DNA of 63,408 nucleotides, counting the filler, from Choristocarpus tenellus KU-1152 (lineage: Eukaryota > Protista > Phaeophyceae): assembly GCA_964200185.2 (NCBI GenBank). It is 9 parts of 9 records of this genome, joined end to end, with 100 filler letters (N's around TTAATTAATTAA, not from the genome) between each part and the next. Parts side by side here need not be neighbours in the genome. Positions count along the whole stretch, not along the records: positions 34,495 to 40,338 come from CAXNAD020009612.1; positions 40,439 to 43,165 come from CAXNAD020025266.1; positions 43,266 to 46,249 come from CAXNAD020023151.1; positions 46,350 to 59,999 come from CAXNAD020001425.1; 5 more parts are not named here. One strand, written 5' to 3'. Each line of letters opens with the position of its first letter. Positions within the stretch are counted from its first letter, which is position 1. Under the pieces are notes generated by a model that searched no databases, was not told the DNA's origin, and saw only the letters and a program-made list of their open reading frames with translations. The translations under genes were made by a program, and so were the position numbers. Positions 37,324 through 51,473 of the stretch are shown here, piece after piece.

Positions 37324-40267
37324 ACGTTCCGATTGACGTGTGACACCTGGATACTTGTCCTTCTGTCTGTTTTTTCATAATTTACCCTCTTGTTCTCTGT
37401 TGTAATGTTCCCCATGTCCCAATCCCTCCATCTTTCATCCCCCTTCCTATGCATGTTTTGTGTGATGGAGACGAAGATCCTTAGTCTCTGATCGATTGGC
37501 TTCTTGTTTTTGAAGCCCTACCCCAAGTACATTGTTGTGTTGAGGCTGAATCTCTCATTGGGTGTATTCAAAATAGAGCCTAGTGTATTTGTCCATTTTT
37601 CCTCCCCATGATGTGGAAACAAAGTGTAGGTTGTAGTGGTCGGTGGCTGTGCATTTTTCATTGATACAAGGAGCTGGTGAGTTGAAATACGGCTTTCCTG
37701 TCATACCAGCAGTGTGTATTGGTGTCAAAGGGCGAACTAAGCTCTTGATGAGAAGGTTTGATCCCAGAAAATATACCTGTGACGTTCTATTGTTAATTAG
37801 GACTCAGGAAAAAAGGAACTAAGGGCGGCAAGTAAGGTGTCCACCATGTTGAAGAGAGGTGTAGTATGTACTACATTGTTGGTCCCACCTGACACCATTG
37901 GGTTGGGTGGGGATGGGGTTGAGTTTGAACTATTGCATCAGTGTGTTTTATGCCTTTCTAAGGTTTTTGTTGCCCTGCGTGACTTCTTCCCTGGTTGGTT
38001 GTATGTTGGAAGGGCTTTTAGGTGTATTGATAAAGTTGTGTGATGAGGAAACTCTGGCACTTGCAAAGTTTTGACCTTTTGTCGGGGTAGGGTTTTGTTC
38101 CATGTGTATAGTATTTTTTGCTAAAGGGATTATGGCAACAACTGGTAAACTGCCTACTCTTGATGTGAGTTCTGTACAACTAATTGGTGGGTTGGATTGA
38201 ATTGAAGGAGTGCCTACCATACCATACAATAAAATTGATCGAATCTATGATATCCCATTCCACTCAACAAGGTTATCACTTTGTGGTTTGGTCTGTTCTA
38301 GGGCAATGCCTATTTCGGCTCTTGCACTCAACTGTGTTGCGTGGCTCCCTTGAGATTTAGCTGCAGCTCAAGGTGTTGCTATTGTGTGCTAGATGATGTG
38401 TCACGTGCCTCATTTGAATGAAGCTGATTGTAAAGGAGCCTAACACTTATTTTTGTGTGTTAAGTTGCATATTCTGTGAGTGTCTATTTATTTCGTTGTG
38501 ATGGTGAAGTTAGTGTGACTGGCGAGGCTGACTTGATGAGCATGACCTACCTAACCTTCTAACGGCTGAGCGAACTAGCTACGTGAGAATCAGTTCTATG
38601 TTTCCTTTCTATTTTATAGTACATGCTTTTGGACCAGCTAGTGAGTACTTTCCAGCACCACATAGCATGTCATGTGCTCCACTACATTGTCACTTGTAAG
38701 ATATTCGGGAATGATTGTTCTGATCATGGGCAAGGCACAGGAATGGGCTCAGGTTGCCAACCCAGAAGTACACTGTTCAAGAATCTGAAACATGAAATAG
38801 GGAGCTGGAATCTCATGGTATTTACATTCAGTACTACCGTATTGGGTTATAGAGCAGTTAGTTGTGAAGGTGTTGCATAGTGCCTGCGCATCATGCAAGT
38901 TCAAAAATTTATGAATTGATTTCGCTGGACGTAACTTATGAGTGTGTCTCCCACGGTTCTTGCCTTGAATGTGTATATCTTTGACGCAGGATGGTAGAAA
39001 TCAACCGGTTGTACGAACCTAGAGAGGTCAGACACCAAGTGGGGGAGTCATAACAGTGTAGTTCACTAAATCTTGCACACTGTAATATCACGTACTCTAA
39101 AGTGTTGTTGGTCATTTTGAAGCTGCACCTACGATAAGCGAACAGTTGTTGCATCCCAAAGCATATATGCAAGGATAGAACTCACAGAAACCACACACAA
39201 GTGTTACTCCTTCGAAACAAAAGCGCCAACCGCAACTGCCATGGATGAGAGTAACCAATGCAATAGTGACGAATTCTTCAGGTCATATTCATTCAAGGTT
39301 TTGATGTTGTTACTGTTCACATTAAATGCTGTATAAACATTGTGTGTGTGAAGGCAAAGGCTCTTGGTCATACTCACAACATCCCAAGTCAGGCTCCTGG
39401 CTGACATGTCTTTGCTGCTCAGTAAGGACTTACACTATTTCGTTGGTCTTGGTTCGTTTTTTTTTTAACAGACTCAGTTCCCACTACATACATGTCCCAA
39501 AGTTGGAAGATGTGGGAGACAAGCAAAACTGAGGAGAGCAAGTATGTTTAGTTATATTGTGCGCTTGCTTGTTGAATGGTTGATTCTCTGTTCTTCTATC
39601 ATTTTACTAACTCGTATTCGAGTACAAACAAGGCATATCACGCAGTCGCGCGTTCAGGGAAGCAGGCACCCTAAACAACCGTTCGTATTATGACTCTGAA
39701 ACACAACAGCTGCCAAGCCATCCACCTGCCAGTCAGCCCGTGCTAGGATTCCTATCCTACTATACCCACTCAATCACTACCCAACGACTATCCTGACCCT
39801 AACTTCAGCAAAACTCAACACTTTGCATGTAATAACAATTTGATGTCAACATGAGCAACCGTAAGATTGGGGGGGAAGTGGTGTTGCACTGTGCTCAAAC
39901 ATCAATAAAAGCATGCATGCGCAAGAAGGGAGGTGTTTTGATCCACCCTCAGTTTTCTTGTAGGCACCTACGTTTCATAACAAAAAATGTTCCAAGATAT
40001 AAGAACTTAATAGGGAACTCCCACAAAAAGCCCTAACCTTGAAACGATTTGATCCGTAATTTTCTTAAGTAGGTACTGTGTCAGGTCATCTTGTAAGACA
40101 GCATAAATTTGACCTTAATAAACATAGTGGTGATATCACCCATCTACTATAACTAACACCAACAAGAAAGATCAGAAATACTACGGGTGCAACCTAACAT
40201 GAGTCAACAACATCCATGCAGCAAAGAAGAGATCACAAGAGATACTGGTGGGGGAGTTTAACCTCAT

Positions 40268-40338
40268 GGCTCAAAGTATCTGGGAGGGGGTGGCGGCTGT
40301 CCATTTGGGGTCAATTTCTTCATGTCGCGATTTTTTGG
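40268..40338. mobile_element. MITE family A, copy 3 (truncated at the contig end)
   Basis: GGCTCAAAGTATCTGGGAGGGGGTGGCGGCTGTCCATTTGGGGTC..., nearly identical to the 58603 copy. Confidence 0.78.
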
Positions 40339-40650
40339 NNNNNNNNNNNNNNNNNNNNNNNNNNNNNNNNNNNNNNNNNNNNTTAATTAATTAANNNNNN
40401 NNNNNNNNNNNNNNNNNNNNNNNNNNNNNNNNNNNNNNGGGGGGCCTGTGTGTGTTTAGGAGGTAGCTTTGGCGTCTGATGTGGGGGTGTCTCTTCCACT
40501 GTTTTCTGTGGTCAGAGGGGTGTTGAAGTGATGAAAGCGATAAAAAACTGTGAAGCGTCTAAAGCTGTCATTGCAACATGTGTCAACACTCACTCTGTTC
40601 TCTGCAATGACTCCGCGTCCGGGCCCATCCACTGTCTTTTCAAGGAGTGG

Positions 40651-40704
<54 letters not shown>

Positions 40705-42503
40705 GGTGTGGGTGTGTGTGTGTGTGTATGTGTGTTCATGCTTTTTTTTTTCTATATCAATTGTGTTGACCTCTCGTGAACTTCGCAGTGTCCTCTTCTA
40801 TCAAGAGTAGATTTAAAATATAAATATAACTAACATGCACCACTTTCCCTGGTGTTCACCATACCGGTTCAGCAAAATGTAACTGTATGTTGTGAGTAGG
40901 TTTCTACCTGGGGTTAGCTTTTTTTTTGTCAAAACAAGAGGCGTTGTCACATCGAGAGACAACCTTACGCAAAAGAGAGCTCCTAAACCCCCTGAAAGTG
41001 ACAGTTGATTAATGCACTGGCTCTACTATGACTCAGGGGTAGAACTGCATGCATGCTATGTATGCTTGTTTCTTTTTCCTTAGCAGTCATGCGCCAGATC
41101 AGATCATGACATCATCTCAACTACTGGACAAAATTGACGACAGATATTTTTTGTTCGGAGAGTGTTTTGGTACTTGGATACTCCAGGAAGTATCAATCGC
41201 ATGCATGCTGGAAGTATAGGTGTTGATGACAGCGTTGAGATGATTTTGATGTGTGATCAAGGGGAACAGATACGTTAATGCCACTTGTGTGTACTACAAA
41301 GAGGGTGTACAAACTACGCCAATAGATCTGTTGATAAATATTTCTTTAATATATATATTGTTAATATTGTTGTTAGGGTTACTTTAGGTAGGTAATATTC
41401 TTCCAAATAGTTAATAATAGTGTCTTTTTTATGTTTGCAGACCAGGGAGAGTAAATTGGTGCCAATTTGAACACCACTCTGGGAAAGAGACTGTTTAAGC
41501 GACTTTCACTACGTAGCGCATTTTATTTTAGGATAACATACATGCAGTTAACATGACCCCATATAACAAAAATACATCAGTACAGTCCTGCATATGTAAT
41601 GAGGGTGGTGCACGACAGTACAGTCCTGCCGATATTTCCTTGATGAATTTTGAGGGAAATCGATGTTAGGTAATAGATTGCCTGGATTAGTTGGCAGCCC
41701 TTTCTTTCATAATTTTTTTGGCAAGGCTAGGATTGCTGTTGTGCCATTTTATTATTATTGTTATTAATATTATTATTATTAGATATCAGTGATATCATCC
41801 TCTCAGTGTTGCTTCCCTTTCAAATACATGTTGACAGTGTATTTGGTACTCTGTAGCATACTCTTGTCCTATACTAACCCTAACCCTAACCCAATTTTTC
41901 ACAAGAGTACTACTAGAGTACGAATTAGAATAGTTATTTCTGACGTGTTGTCTTTAAAAATAAATCTCGGCAGCGGGTACCTTAATTTGACATTGTACCC
42001 TCCATGGTTATAAAATGTGAAACATACATACTGTTTATTTTATATAAACATACATATTATTTATTTTATATAAACATACATATTATCTAAGTCAATCGAA
42101 AGGGCCTACGTTCCGAGTCTTGGACCAACGAGATGGATACCTCACCTGCCTGACTGAGTTAAAGTGTATCTTATCATCTCTATGCACCGGCTCTTTTTGT
42201 CTTGTTTTTTTTTTCTTTGCTTGTGTGTCTATCATCTCTGTGCCACCACCCCCTGCGGAATGAACATGTATCCCATGCACGAGATGCTTGTTTGACGGAT
42301 AATTGAAATGATGATAGCGGTCGTATCGATATATATATATAGATAAAAACAAAAATTGATAAAACAAAAAATAAGATTAAATATGCAGGAGTAGGTGCTT
42401 GTTGATTTTAATTTGTCTAGTTTCCTGTTGATCACTTGCAGTCACTTGGGTTTTATTAAGTCTTGTGGTGGCGTTGTTGATCCCTTCCTGTGCGATGGAA
42501 CAG

Positions 42504-42630
42504 GAAGAGCGAAGTGAGTATGGTGACCAACCTTCAGAAGGAGGAGAAGAAAAAGACTGAATCCAAGGTGGACAAGCGTGGGTTTCCTATCCTTGAGGAC
42601 TTGAATGAAGAAGAGGATGCCAACATTAAG
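42504..42630 (+). CDS. Isolated internal exon of an unidentified gene
   Basis: CAG|...KSEVSMVTNLQKEEKKKTESKVDKRGFPILEDLNEEEDANIK|GTAC. A purine-rich, coding-like island in AT-rich flanks. Confidence 0.45.
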
Positions 42631-43306
42631 GTACAGGAAAAACACAATGTAGTAATTATTATTATTATATTAAGAAAAAGTAACTAAAATTCTTGTTTTT
42701 TACTTCTGTGTCTGTGTGTGTATAGTAAAAGTAAAGCACTGGTCTGGATTTTTTTTATTTCATTTTTTAAATAAAAATCTTTTAAAATTATTTTATGTTG
42801 TTTTATTTTCCCCTCTTTCATCCGCTTGACCATAAAATAGATACCTATGTTTTTAAAAGCAGTATTGTTGAGAATCACAGCACTACTACCACTGTCTACT
42901 ATCAATAATGATACGATTGATATGCTAGGTACATGGAGTCTGTTCATTTGTTTGATGTTCTTGATTCAGTATTTGACATGTTCTTGACTGCTTTTACCAA
43001 GGCCATGTATCAGTTGAGTTTTGCGCATGCAGCGCCTTCCATAATATAGAAAATTGTTTTATATTGGCTGTGCTGCCATCAGGTGTTCAAATTTCAAATG
43101 TGGGTTTTTTTGTCGGATCTTGTTCAGAATGTCTGTTTTGGTTTGTTTTTTGGGGGGGGAGGGCGNNNNNNNNNNNNNNNNNNNNNNNNNNNNNNNNNNN
43201 NNNNNNNNNTTAATTAATTAANNNNNNNNNNNNNNNNNNNNNNNNNNNNNNNNNNNNNNNNNNNNCATAAAACCCGACCGTTGGTGCATTTTTTTGGGGG
43301 GTGGGT

Positions 43307-43355
<49 letters not shown>

Positions 43356-46300
43356 TGATGGGGAGATACTTTCTCTCTCCTGTTCAGCAGGCATGGTGAC
43401 CTGGTGTGATACCTTCTACGCTTATGTATTAGTACCATACAACCTAGGAGGGTAGGTAGGGATTACTTTCCTGCTCGATATATTCTGCCACTTCAATAAG
43501 GACCTAATGAGGTATGAGGTGTGAATCGATTGTTTGACACAGGAAGGGAAGTATGGAAGAGGGTGGTAGATGTAGGGACAAATCCTTCCTCTGCCCAATG
43601 GTAATTGTGATCACTTCATCCAAAACACCAAAATCTTGACCACAGCAGAAATAACTAGGTGTTTAATTAGAACTACTCTATTTTGTGCTAAAGCATCCAA
43701 GAGAGGGGGCTGTAGATGAGGTCTAAGGAACCGTCTAACTTCCTGATGAAACCTTTCCTCACGCGAGCACACAGTCCATACCTGTAAGGCGCATTCCGAC
43801 TTTGTCGTGAGCACATTCAGTTTGCACAACCAATTTATCCTTACCGGAAACCCTCTTTGATGTCATCACCTTCAAAAACACAGAGTTGGAAGAACATTCT
43901 CAAAAGGTAACATAGGGTCACAACAAACCGTCCGCCTTTCTTGTTTGCTTTCACCCTTTCACAGTCTACACTGCATGAAAAACTACTTACGATATGTACA
44001 AGAGACAAACACAACAATGGTGAGAAATAAATAATATTAGATACACGATGGGGGGGGGGAGGGGGAATAAGCAAACGGGCGGCCCAAAATGCTGACAGCA
44101 GTAATACATAGACAACACACCTCAAGATGGGAACAAGAATAAAAAGACGCCAACACCTAACAAAGTAAAAAGTTAATTATATACACATGATCACACCACA
44201 TGTTGAGTAAGCCATACACAGCACCACTTCTCCCTAGTAAAACTAATGCCACCACTATCGAGTGCTTCAATTGGAACAAGCAACCCTTTTGGCATCTGGC
44301 TCGAAATATAGATAGCCTCAGGGGGACAAAACAGCTAAGAGCACAGAGAGAGAGAGAGATGAGTCAACACAAAAGCAAGGGGGTCATTGATTACCAACTG
44401 CGAAGAGGCAGTCAGGCAGTCCAGTCAGGCAGGCACCAATCAGAATGAAAAAAAGAAAAAAGAACACTCACTGATCCCAATCCTCACAATGGAATACAAG
44501 TAGTAGCATATGTATATTTAAGTTCGTAGTTCATGGTAATCAATTCAAGACAACACTATCCTCCAAACCAGCATCACCAAGTTCGCTCCAAGATGCCGCG
44601 CCCAAGACAACCCCTCCCCCCCCCCCTACTCTTTCCATAAAGCTTCACACCAATAAAAAAAAGATCTATCTGTATTTGGGTGAATCTCCTCACAAAGGCC
44701 GTTCTCACTGCTACAAGACCCTATGGTCATGTAAAACACCTCGCCACACCAACTCACAGCCCCTTTCCACCGCAACCGCCCAGGGACTTGCCCTCTCCCT
44801 AGCAGTCAAGTCATCGGCATAAGAAGGATGACATTGGTAAAGGATCACCTGTCTCAGGAGTGATCACAGATGGGGAGAGAGAGAGAGAAGCTTAGAGACA
44901 CAAGGGGGCTGGGGGAGGGGGGGGGTAACGCAGACTAGCAAAAATGTCTGATTTTGATTTTGCTAGATACTGTGAAAAAAAAATCTCAAGTTTTGAGGGA
45001 GTGAAAGTAAGTTGAAGTAAAAACTAAAAAAAAAACTAAAATAAAAAAACAGTGAACCTCAGAACATATTTTGCATACTTCGTGCTCAGGTTTCCCCTCA
45101 GGTGTCGACAGCTCCGACCAACAAAAAAGACCTTGCCCCTCCCGTTTCTACTCTAGGTGAGAAACCACACCCCCCAAGTATGCAGATTTACAGGCCTTCG
45201 CAGAACCAGAAGACACACAGAACACAATGGCAACCGTAATACTGTCTTGTCTCGCCCAGACACAAACTTTCTGAAACCTCAAAAATATAAACATCTATTT
45301 TTTTTATATTCAATACCCTCTGAACCAAAACATACACACACACACACACACACAAACACTTGACCAATTTTTCTGGTCGAACACCCCAACCCAAACCCAA
45401 AAATATAATGAGTAGAGCGGGGTAGCAATTGTCTTGTTAAGTAGATATTCAAATATTGAAGTAGATATTCAAATATTCTTCCGCCTTCTGTGGCCAATAC
45501 AATGCCGCATCACAGTTTCTGCACACTCTTGCATGCTTTTTTTTTTTAAATACATACATATAATTATTTTATTGAAAGAAAAAAATTTAATCATTTTATT
45601 TTTTTTAAGAACTCTAAGTATTTTATTTGAAGAAAAAAAATGGTTATATTTTTTTTTAACTATAATTATTCTAATGAAAGAAAAAATTGAATTATTTATT
45701 CTTTTTAAAACTATCATTATTTTATTGAGAGCAAAAAAAAAATGAGGCTGAGTTCATAGTCTCTCAAAAAAAAAAAGACAACTGACCAAATGAAAAGTCG
45801 CGCTCCCTTTTGTCTGATTCCAGATGAACTATTTAAATACTATTGGCAAAAATATATATAATTATATTCAAAAACCTGAGGTACTCACAAGGCTCTTTGA
45901 GCGGTCTCTATTGTCCAAGAGCGTACCCAAGCCCTTGAATACTGCAGCAGATGCAACAGAAGTCTTAATGACAGTGTTTTTTACCTAGACACTAATACTA
46001 CTAAATACAGAAGAAGATTTTAACTCTTTCAACAAAGTAAATCATTCCGGTATGAATAACGAACACACCAATACTAAAAATAGTACATCAACAAAATACA
46101 TCACTACCAAATGCAAAACCATAATCCCATACCATCTATATTGTTGGGGGGGAGGGGGAGGGGGGGGGGGGGGGGGAGGGCGACCCGAGAGGGGGGGCAA
46201 GGAGAGAGAAATGAAGGGGGATTTATGGGCAAGTTTGTCAAAGAGCAGGNNNNNNNNNNNNNNNNNNNNNNNNNNNNNNNNNNNNNNNNNNNNTTAATTA

Positions 46301-46378
46301 ATTAANNNNNNNNNNNNNNNNNNNNNNNNNNNNNNNNNNNNNNNNNNNNACCCCCTCCCCTCCCCTCCCCATGGAAAC

Positions 46379-49300
46379 TTAAACAGAAAAAGTATCCCCC
46401 TTGATGTGGATCACCGCCACAGCCGCAGCAAAGTATGCAAGGTTTCTCATCCTGTACCCCAACAGGAACACCGGCTTCGCCTTCCGGTAAACCCTCTGAA
46501 ACGGCGATATCACAACCCCCGCCACTGTTGACACTGCATTCCCCTTCACAACCCTCTGCCCTGACTTGACCCCCCTCTTCTTCCCTGGAGCTGCCCCAGT
46601 ATGTACAACCTTTTTGAGAATACCCTTGGGACCGGTGCTTCCAGCGCTGTTGCTTCCATTGCTTCCATTGCTTCCAGCATTCAAAGACTTTTTCCGCCCT
46701 TGGGCAGCCCGATCCTGGCTCTCTGCATTGCCTCCTTCAGACAATTCCATTAGACGCCTCACCTTTACGCACCCGGAGATGATTGGCGGTGATTCATCCG
46801 AGAGTCATGGAGATTGGCGGAAATTTCAGGGGAAATAATACATTCTAGTTGCCTGAATGCGACTTACAGGGCCTTACAGGGCAAAAAACTCTTGAGATAT
46901 CACTGTTTACACCAAGGGAGGTGTCTTGAGTGGAGCTCGTAAAGATGAAACACAAATCAATCGCAAAGGAGATCAACCTAAGAAGAAGCTACAAGAATCT
47001 GCACTATACATTAATTGGGACTCACAGACAATTACAGAATTCCCACAGACCAATGCCTAAGAAGAAGCAGCATTTTTGTATTGGGGGAGGGGGGGGAGGC
47101 TCACCTCTGCATCTGCCTGGTTGCGGCGGGCACTAGCCTCATCAAAATTCTTGGTGATTTCCATCATTCGCTCCTAAACAGGATCAGGAGACGTATATGG
47201 AGATGAATTGCACATAAGTTAGGAGTTTCACAGGCATCGGGCAGGCCAAAAAACAAAAGAGATGAATCGGATCATCCATCACTACATCAAACAATATGAT
47301 GGACGCCAAGTAAGTTGGGCATATTTCAGGGCATCGAGAAGCACTTGCATTTGTGGGTATTGCTCACATCTGTACAGATGGATGTGCATTGATTAACATG
47401 AGCACAAAAAATTATCTTTCTTTGTCACACCTTTGTCAACCCACTCGGAAAAAAAAAGACATCATTATTACCACTGGGAAGAGGGCCCTGGATATAATTC
47501 AAAATTAAGCACCAATTGAAAGATAGTCAATGTCAATTCAACAAGTGGCCATCTCCATCTGCAACGAAAAGTTCTTTGTCTAGCTATTGGCTCAAGCTAT
47601 TCCTTAATGGGATATCTACAACGCAAGCGGTCAACATAATGCAACTCTCCCCATACTCTCCTTCCTACCCCAGCACCATCCACTGAACGAGCAAAACTCA
47701 CATTGGCTTTGATGCTTGCTTCCCTGCTGTTCATTCTCTCCAACGTTGTAGAGAAACGAACACCCTTCCGCTCCTCCCCCTCCCCCTCAAAATAAGCCCA
47801 CTGTCCATCTGTTGACTTTAAGTTGAGGCTTGAAGACTCCACCACCAGCTCCTTTGTGACTGTGCTCGCCCCAGTATTTGCTTTCCCTTCCACTGCTGCA
47901 GTTACTGCTGCCGAAGTGTCAACTAGAGCCTCGCCCTTCACCTCCTCAGTCATGGATCCATCAATGGAAGCTGCCTCAGATTTGATAACTGAATCAGTCG
48001 CCCCTTCCACTGACATTTCAGTGGTCTCGATGACTGGCACCTTTGTACCCTCCACCCCTGAGGCTGCTTCAGGTGTCCCTGTAGTCATTGCTGCAGCCAC
48101 CTCCTCTGCTGCAGCTGCTGTTGCCTCCACTGCCACTATCCCCTCCTTGATCCCATTCTTCACTGATGCTTCTGCCTCGCTAAGAACTGAAAGTGAACCA
48201 ACAGCAGTGTCAGTTTCATTTGAGACTGCCTTGGCCATGGCTACACTCTTGTCCCCAGTCACAACTGCTCCTATTGCCTGCCCATTCTCTGCTGCTGTCA
48301 CATCAGGGTCTTGGGCTGTGCTGACCTCCACCTCACCATTCTCTAGGTTCCTATTCCCCTCGCCAACAGACACTTCAGATAAATCTTCAACTGCCTCTGG
48401 GACTGAGGGAGTTGCAGTTAGAACAGGTCCAGCCAGAGTATCTACCTTGATTGGCAAACCCCCACTAATCCCTGCCTCCACAGGTCTGGAAACTTCTATT
48501 CCAGAACTGGAGACCTCTGAGACACCCTCACCCGACAAAACAACAGGCGCCACACCACCTGTAGCAAGAGGCGAAACCACCTCAGGGGTCGCAGGGCAGT
48601 CGGCTAGAAAAACGAGCTGAAAGGACTTGACGTCAGAGTTGAGGGTAAAGGGGCAGGGTATAGCCGATGCTATGACCTTCACCAGGGGCACGATTGACAC
48701 ACATCAGGAGAGTGGTTGGAGGGAGGAGGAGGTGGAGTGAGAGGACGTTTGTCTTTTTAGTCATGAGCTGCAAACAATATTTTAGAAGAGCGACGTTCAG
48801 TACATAAGTACACTTCAGACTAGATGACCACACGAACTATTTATCGCCAATTTGGATACTCTCTACTGTACCCAAACGAGGTCGAAAGCTCGTCTGCAAT
48901 GTTGAGCATCACCTTGCGCTATTGCCTGCTCATACTGTCTTGATTCGGTCTCCAACCGTTGATGTATTCAGCAGTACCGAGAGAGTCTCCAAGCACGGAA
49001 TATTCACGTGCTATTAAACCATAATCCTGCGACTTCAACGACACGGCTTCCGCCACCCTGCCAAGCACAAGTTGCTCACCTTCTCCTGAGGCTCACCACC
49101 TTCAGCTGGTTGGACTCGAACCCTGTCCACAGCTATGGGTCCCGCAACATCTTTAACTGTCACCTGTTTCAAATCCAAGACGACCACGATCATATCTGTT
49201 TAGGAAAAAGGGTTTATCCTGTTTGCGCTGCTTTCGACCCAGTCTCATCACGTCCTGGGAATTGGTCCAAGTCAGACAAAAGCAATTTACTTTCTTCGAT

Positions 49301-49746
49301 TACCCTGGACTTCATCTCCCTCTACCATAAGATTCTCTTCTCCAGTTCATCCTACAGAAGAAAAATTGCAATGAGAGAAGAAGATCCCTAAGAGCTCAGC
49401 ACTTTCGCCAATTGATGCACCCTTGATGTTTTCTGTACGGACCAGTCACTAACTGGCGATCAAGTTCTGGTGAATGCTCACCAAGACAGACCGAGGTAGA
49501 TACCATAATTTTACTACAGGTGTCAAGCACCCAACCAATACCTTCTAACATATCCAGACACGACATAATTGCATACACAAACACACACACACATCACCAC
49601 ACACACACCACAAGGGTCTGCACGCCATCCCCATCGTAGGAGAGCTGGGAATGGGCTTCCTTGATTAAACCCACAAGGGTGTCGTATTCCTCAACGCTTT
49701 GCGCCTGGACTCTCCTTGCCTCTGCTAGTTTCTCATCGATCGACAT
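46379..49746 (-). CDS. Hypothetical protein with a long Ala/Glu/Thr/Val-rich low-complexity region and a C-terminal hydrophobic tail (exon structure only partly resolved)
   Basis: Candidate first exon MSIDEKLAEARRVQAQSVEEYD.. (49746), exon VTVKDVAGPIAVDRVRVQPAEGGEPQEK (~49162-49079), 367-aa ORF 48700-47597, and last exon ...LAYFAAAVAVIHIKGDTFSV* (46762-46379). Joining these into one gene is inference. Confidence 0.55.
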
Positions 49747-50255
49747 TGTCGACAATCTTGCGTTCTCACCCCTTCACCCACTCTTGGTTTGAGGAGAGTG
49801 AAACGAGTTGAAATAGATGGGGAAGAGAAATTCCATTATTACATGGTTTGATTAATTATTAAGTACTTCCGAGTATTTTATGCGTTATGTTTATTGGGTT
49901 AGTCGATTGATCACCATATGATATTATTGATATGGTAGAAATATATTGTTGGGGGGGGTTGACATGACAAAATCAAAATAAATTACTTACATTTTGTCAA
50001 GAAATGGTTAGTTTAAAAGCATTTCACAATACTATTGTTTGTAAATCACACCCATATCTCATAATGTTGGGTTTTGTTTGGTCTGTTCTAGTTTCTCCAT
50101 ATTATAGTGCATCGCCCTACTACTGCTCGGAGTTGCACAGCACTCGCTCGGTTTTCTTCGGGTGCATCCCGAAAGTGAGTGCTTTATGTGATACAGGAGT
50201 CGACTCCACTTTTTTCATTACCTTCAACTATGATTGTACAACATGATTGTACAAC

Positions 50256-51473
50256 ATGAGATCGAGAAATGATAAACAAACATTTGATGGTTCACCCTAT
50301 GAAGTTGTACCTTGCCACTGTTGCACTGACCGCCTGGATCATTTCTTTCAGACAGTAAATCTTCGCTATTGCAGAACGTGTTGCTTCTGTTGTCAAGGTC
50401 TAAGTTCCGTCTATGGCAAGAATGTACCAGGAGGTTTGTTCAACATAGACGCAATCTTTGCGGACATCACATCTGATACTTCCCCTCGCGAATGTTACCC
50501 CGCTCTCAAGATAGCAGTGGATCTGAATATGGATGGCCAGGTGGTCAATGGTGGTGCTCAATGCACATCTGGGAAACCCGGTCAGCGGGTTATAGCCATC
50601 GACCTCGACGAGGTCTTGGGCTACTTCGTGCCCCAGCTCTGCCTCTTTCACAACCATGTGTATGGATCTTCCTTGACAGCTGATGATTTCTTCAGCTACG
50701 AGTTTCACGAGGTTTGGGGGGGTACACAAGGTGAATCTGATAGAAAGATGGATGCCTTCTTCAAGAGTGACTTCTTCCTTGGTCAGGATGGTTCTTTGGG
50801 AATCCCTGTCATTGAGGGGGCTCTTGAGGTCCTACAGAAGTTCTCTCCGTGGCTGGAATTCCATATTGTCACATCGCGCCAGCACATTCTAGAGAATGTC
50901 ACACGGGAGTGGGTGTCGAGAAATTTTCCAGGCGTAATCACCGATGTGCACTTCGGGAACCACTACGGGACTTCAGGGGAGAAACGATCGAAGCCGGACC
51001 TTTGTCGAGCTATTGCCGCAGAACTTTTAATCGACGATTCACTTAAATATGCTCGGCAATGCTCTGCTGCTGGCATCAGGTCGTGCCTCTTTGGTGAGTT
51101 TGCACGCAGAGTTTGCTTTGATTGAAGCTTGGGGACTTGATATGGACTGGGTCTATGTACTGAGCAATATTTCTTTGCATAGTCTTCCTTTCAGCTTGTC
51201 TACTACCCCTCTCAAACTAAAGTTTCAACTGCTGATGAGCTTTACAGTAAGAACCTCAGAATACCTTGACCAAAACCCCTTCCCCCCTTCCCGACCCCCA
51301 ACACATGATTTGCAATGGATCAAAAAGGTGACTATGCTTGGAATCGAACAGACCAGCCACTCCCTGACAATATTGAACGTGTGTTGGACTGGTTCGAGGT
51401 GGAGAAGTTCCTGAAGTCCATCATGGAGGATGCTGAGGATAACTCTATATCTAACGAACTAGCTTACCAATAA
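50256..51473 (+). CDS. 5'(3')-deoxyribonucleotidase NT5C-family HAD hydrolase (exons 50256 or 50529 to 51093, 51328-51473)
   Basis: HAD motif I VIAIDLDEVL, II IVTSRQ, III SKPDLC, IV LIDDS; spliced LF|GDYAWNR..RVLDWFEV. Start codon uncertain. Confidence 0.9.

Noticed and set aside
43293-43354. Long poly-G tract giving a poly-Pro ORF or G-quadruplex
   Set aside because: Homopolymer near a contig end, so its length is unreliable. No coding support.
47823-48620. 265-aa Ser/Thr-rich plus-strand ORF (mucin-like)
   Set aside because: Antisense shadow of the longer minus-strand low-complexity exon.
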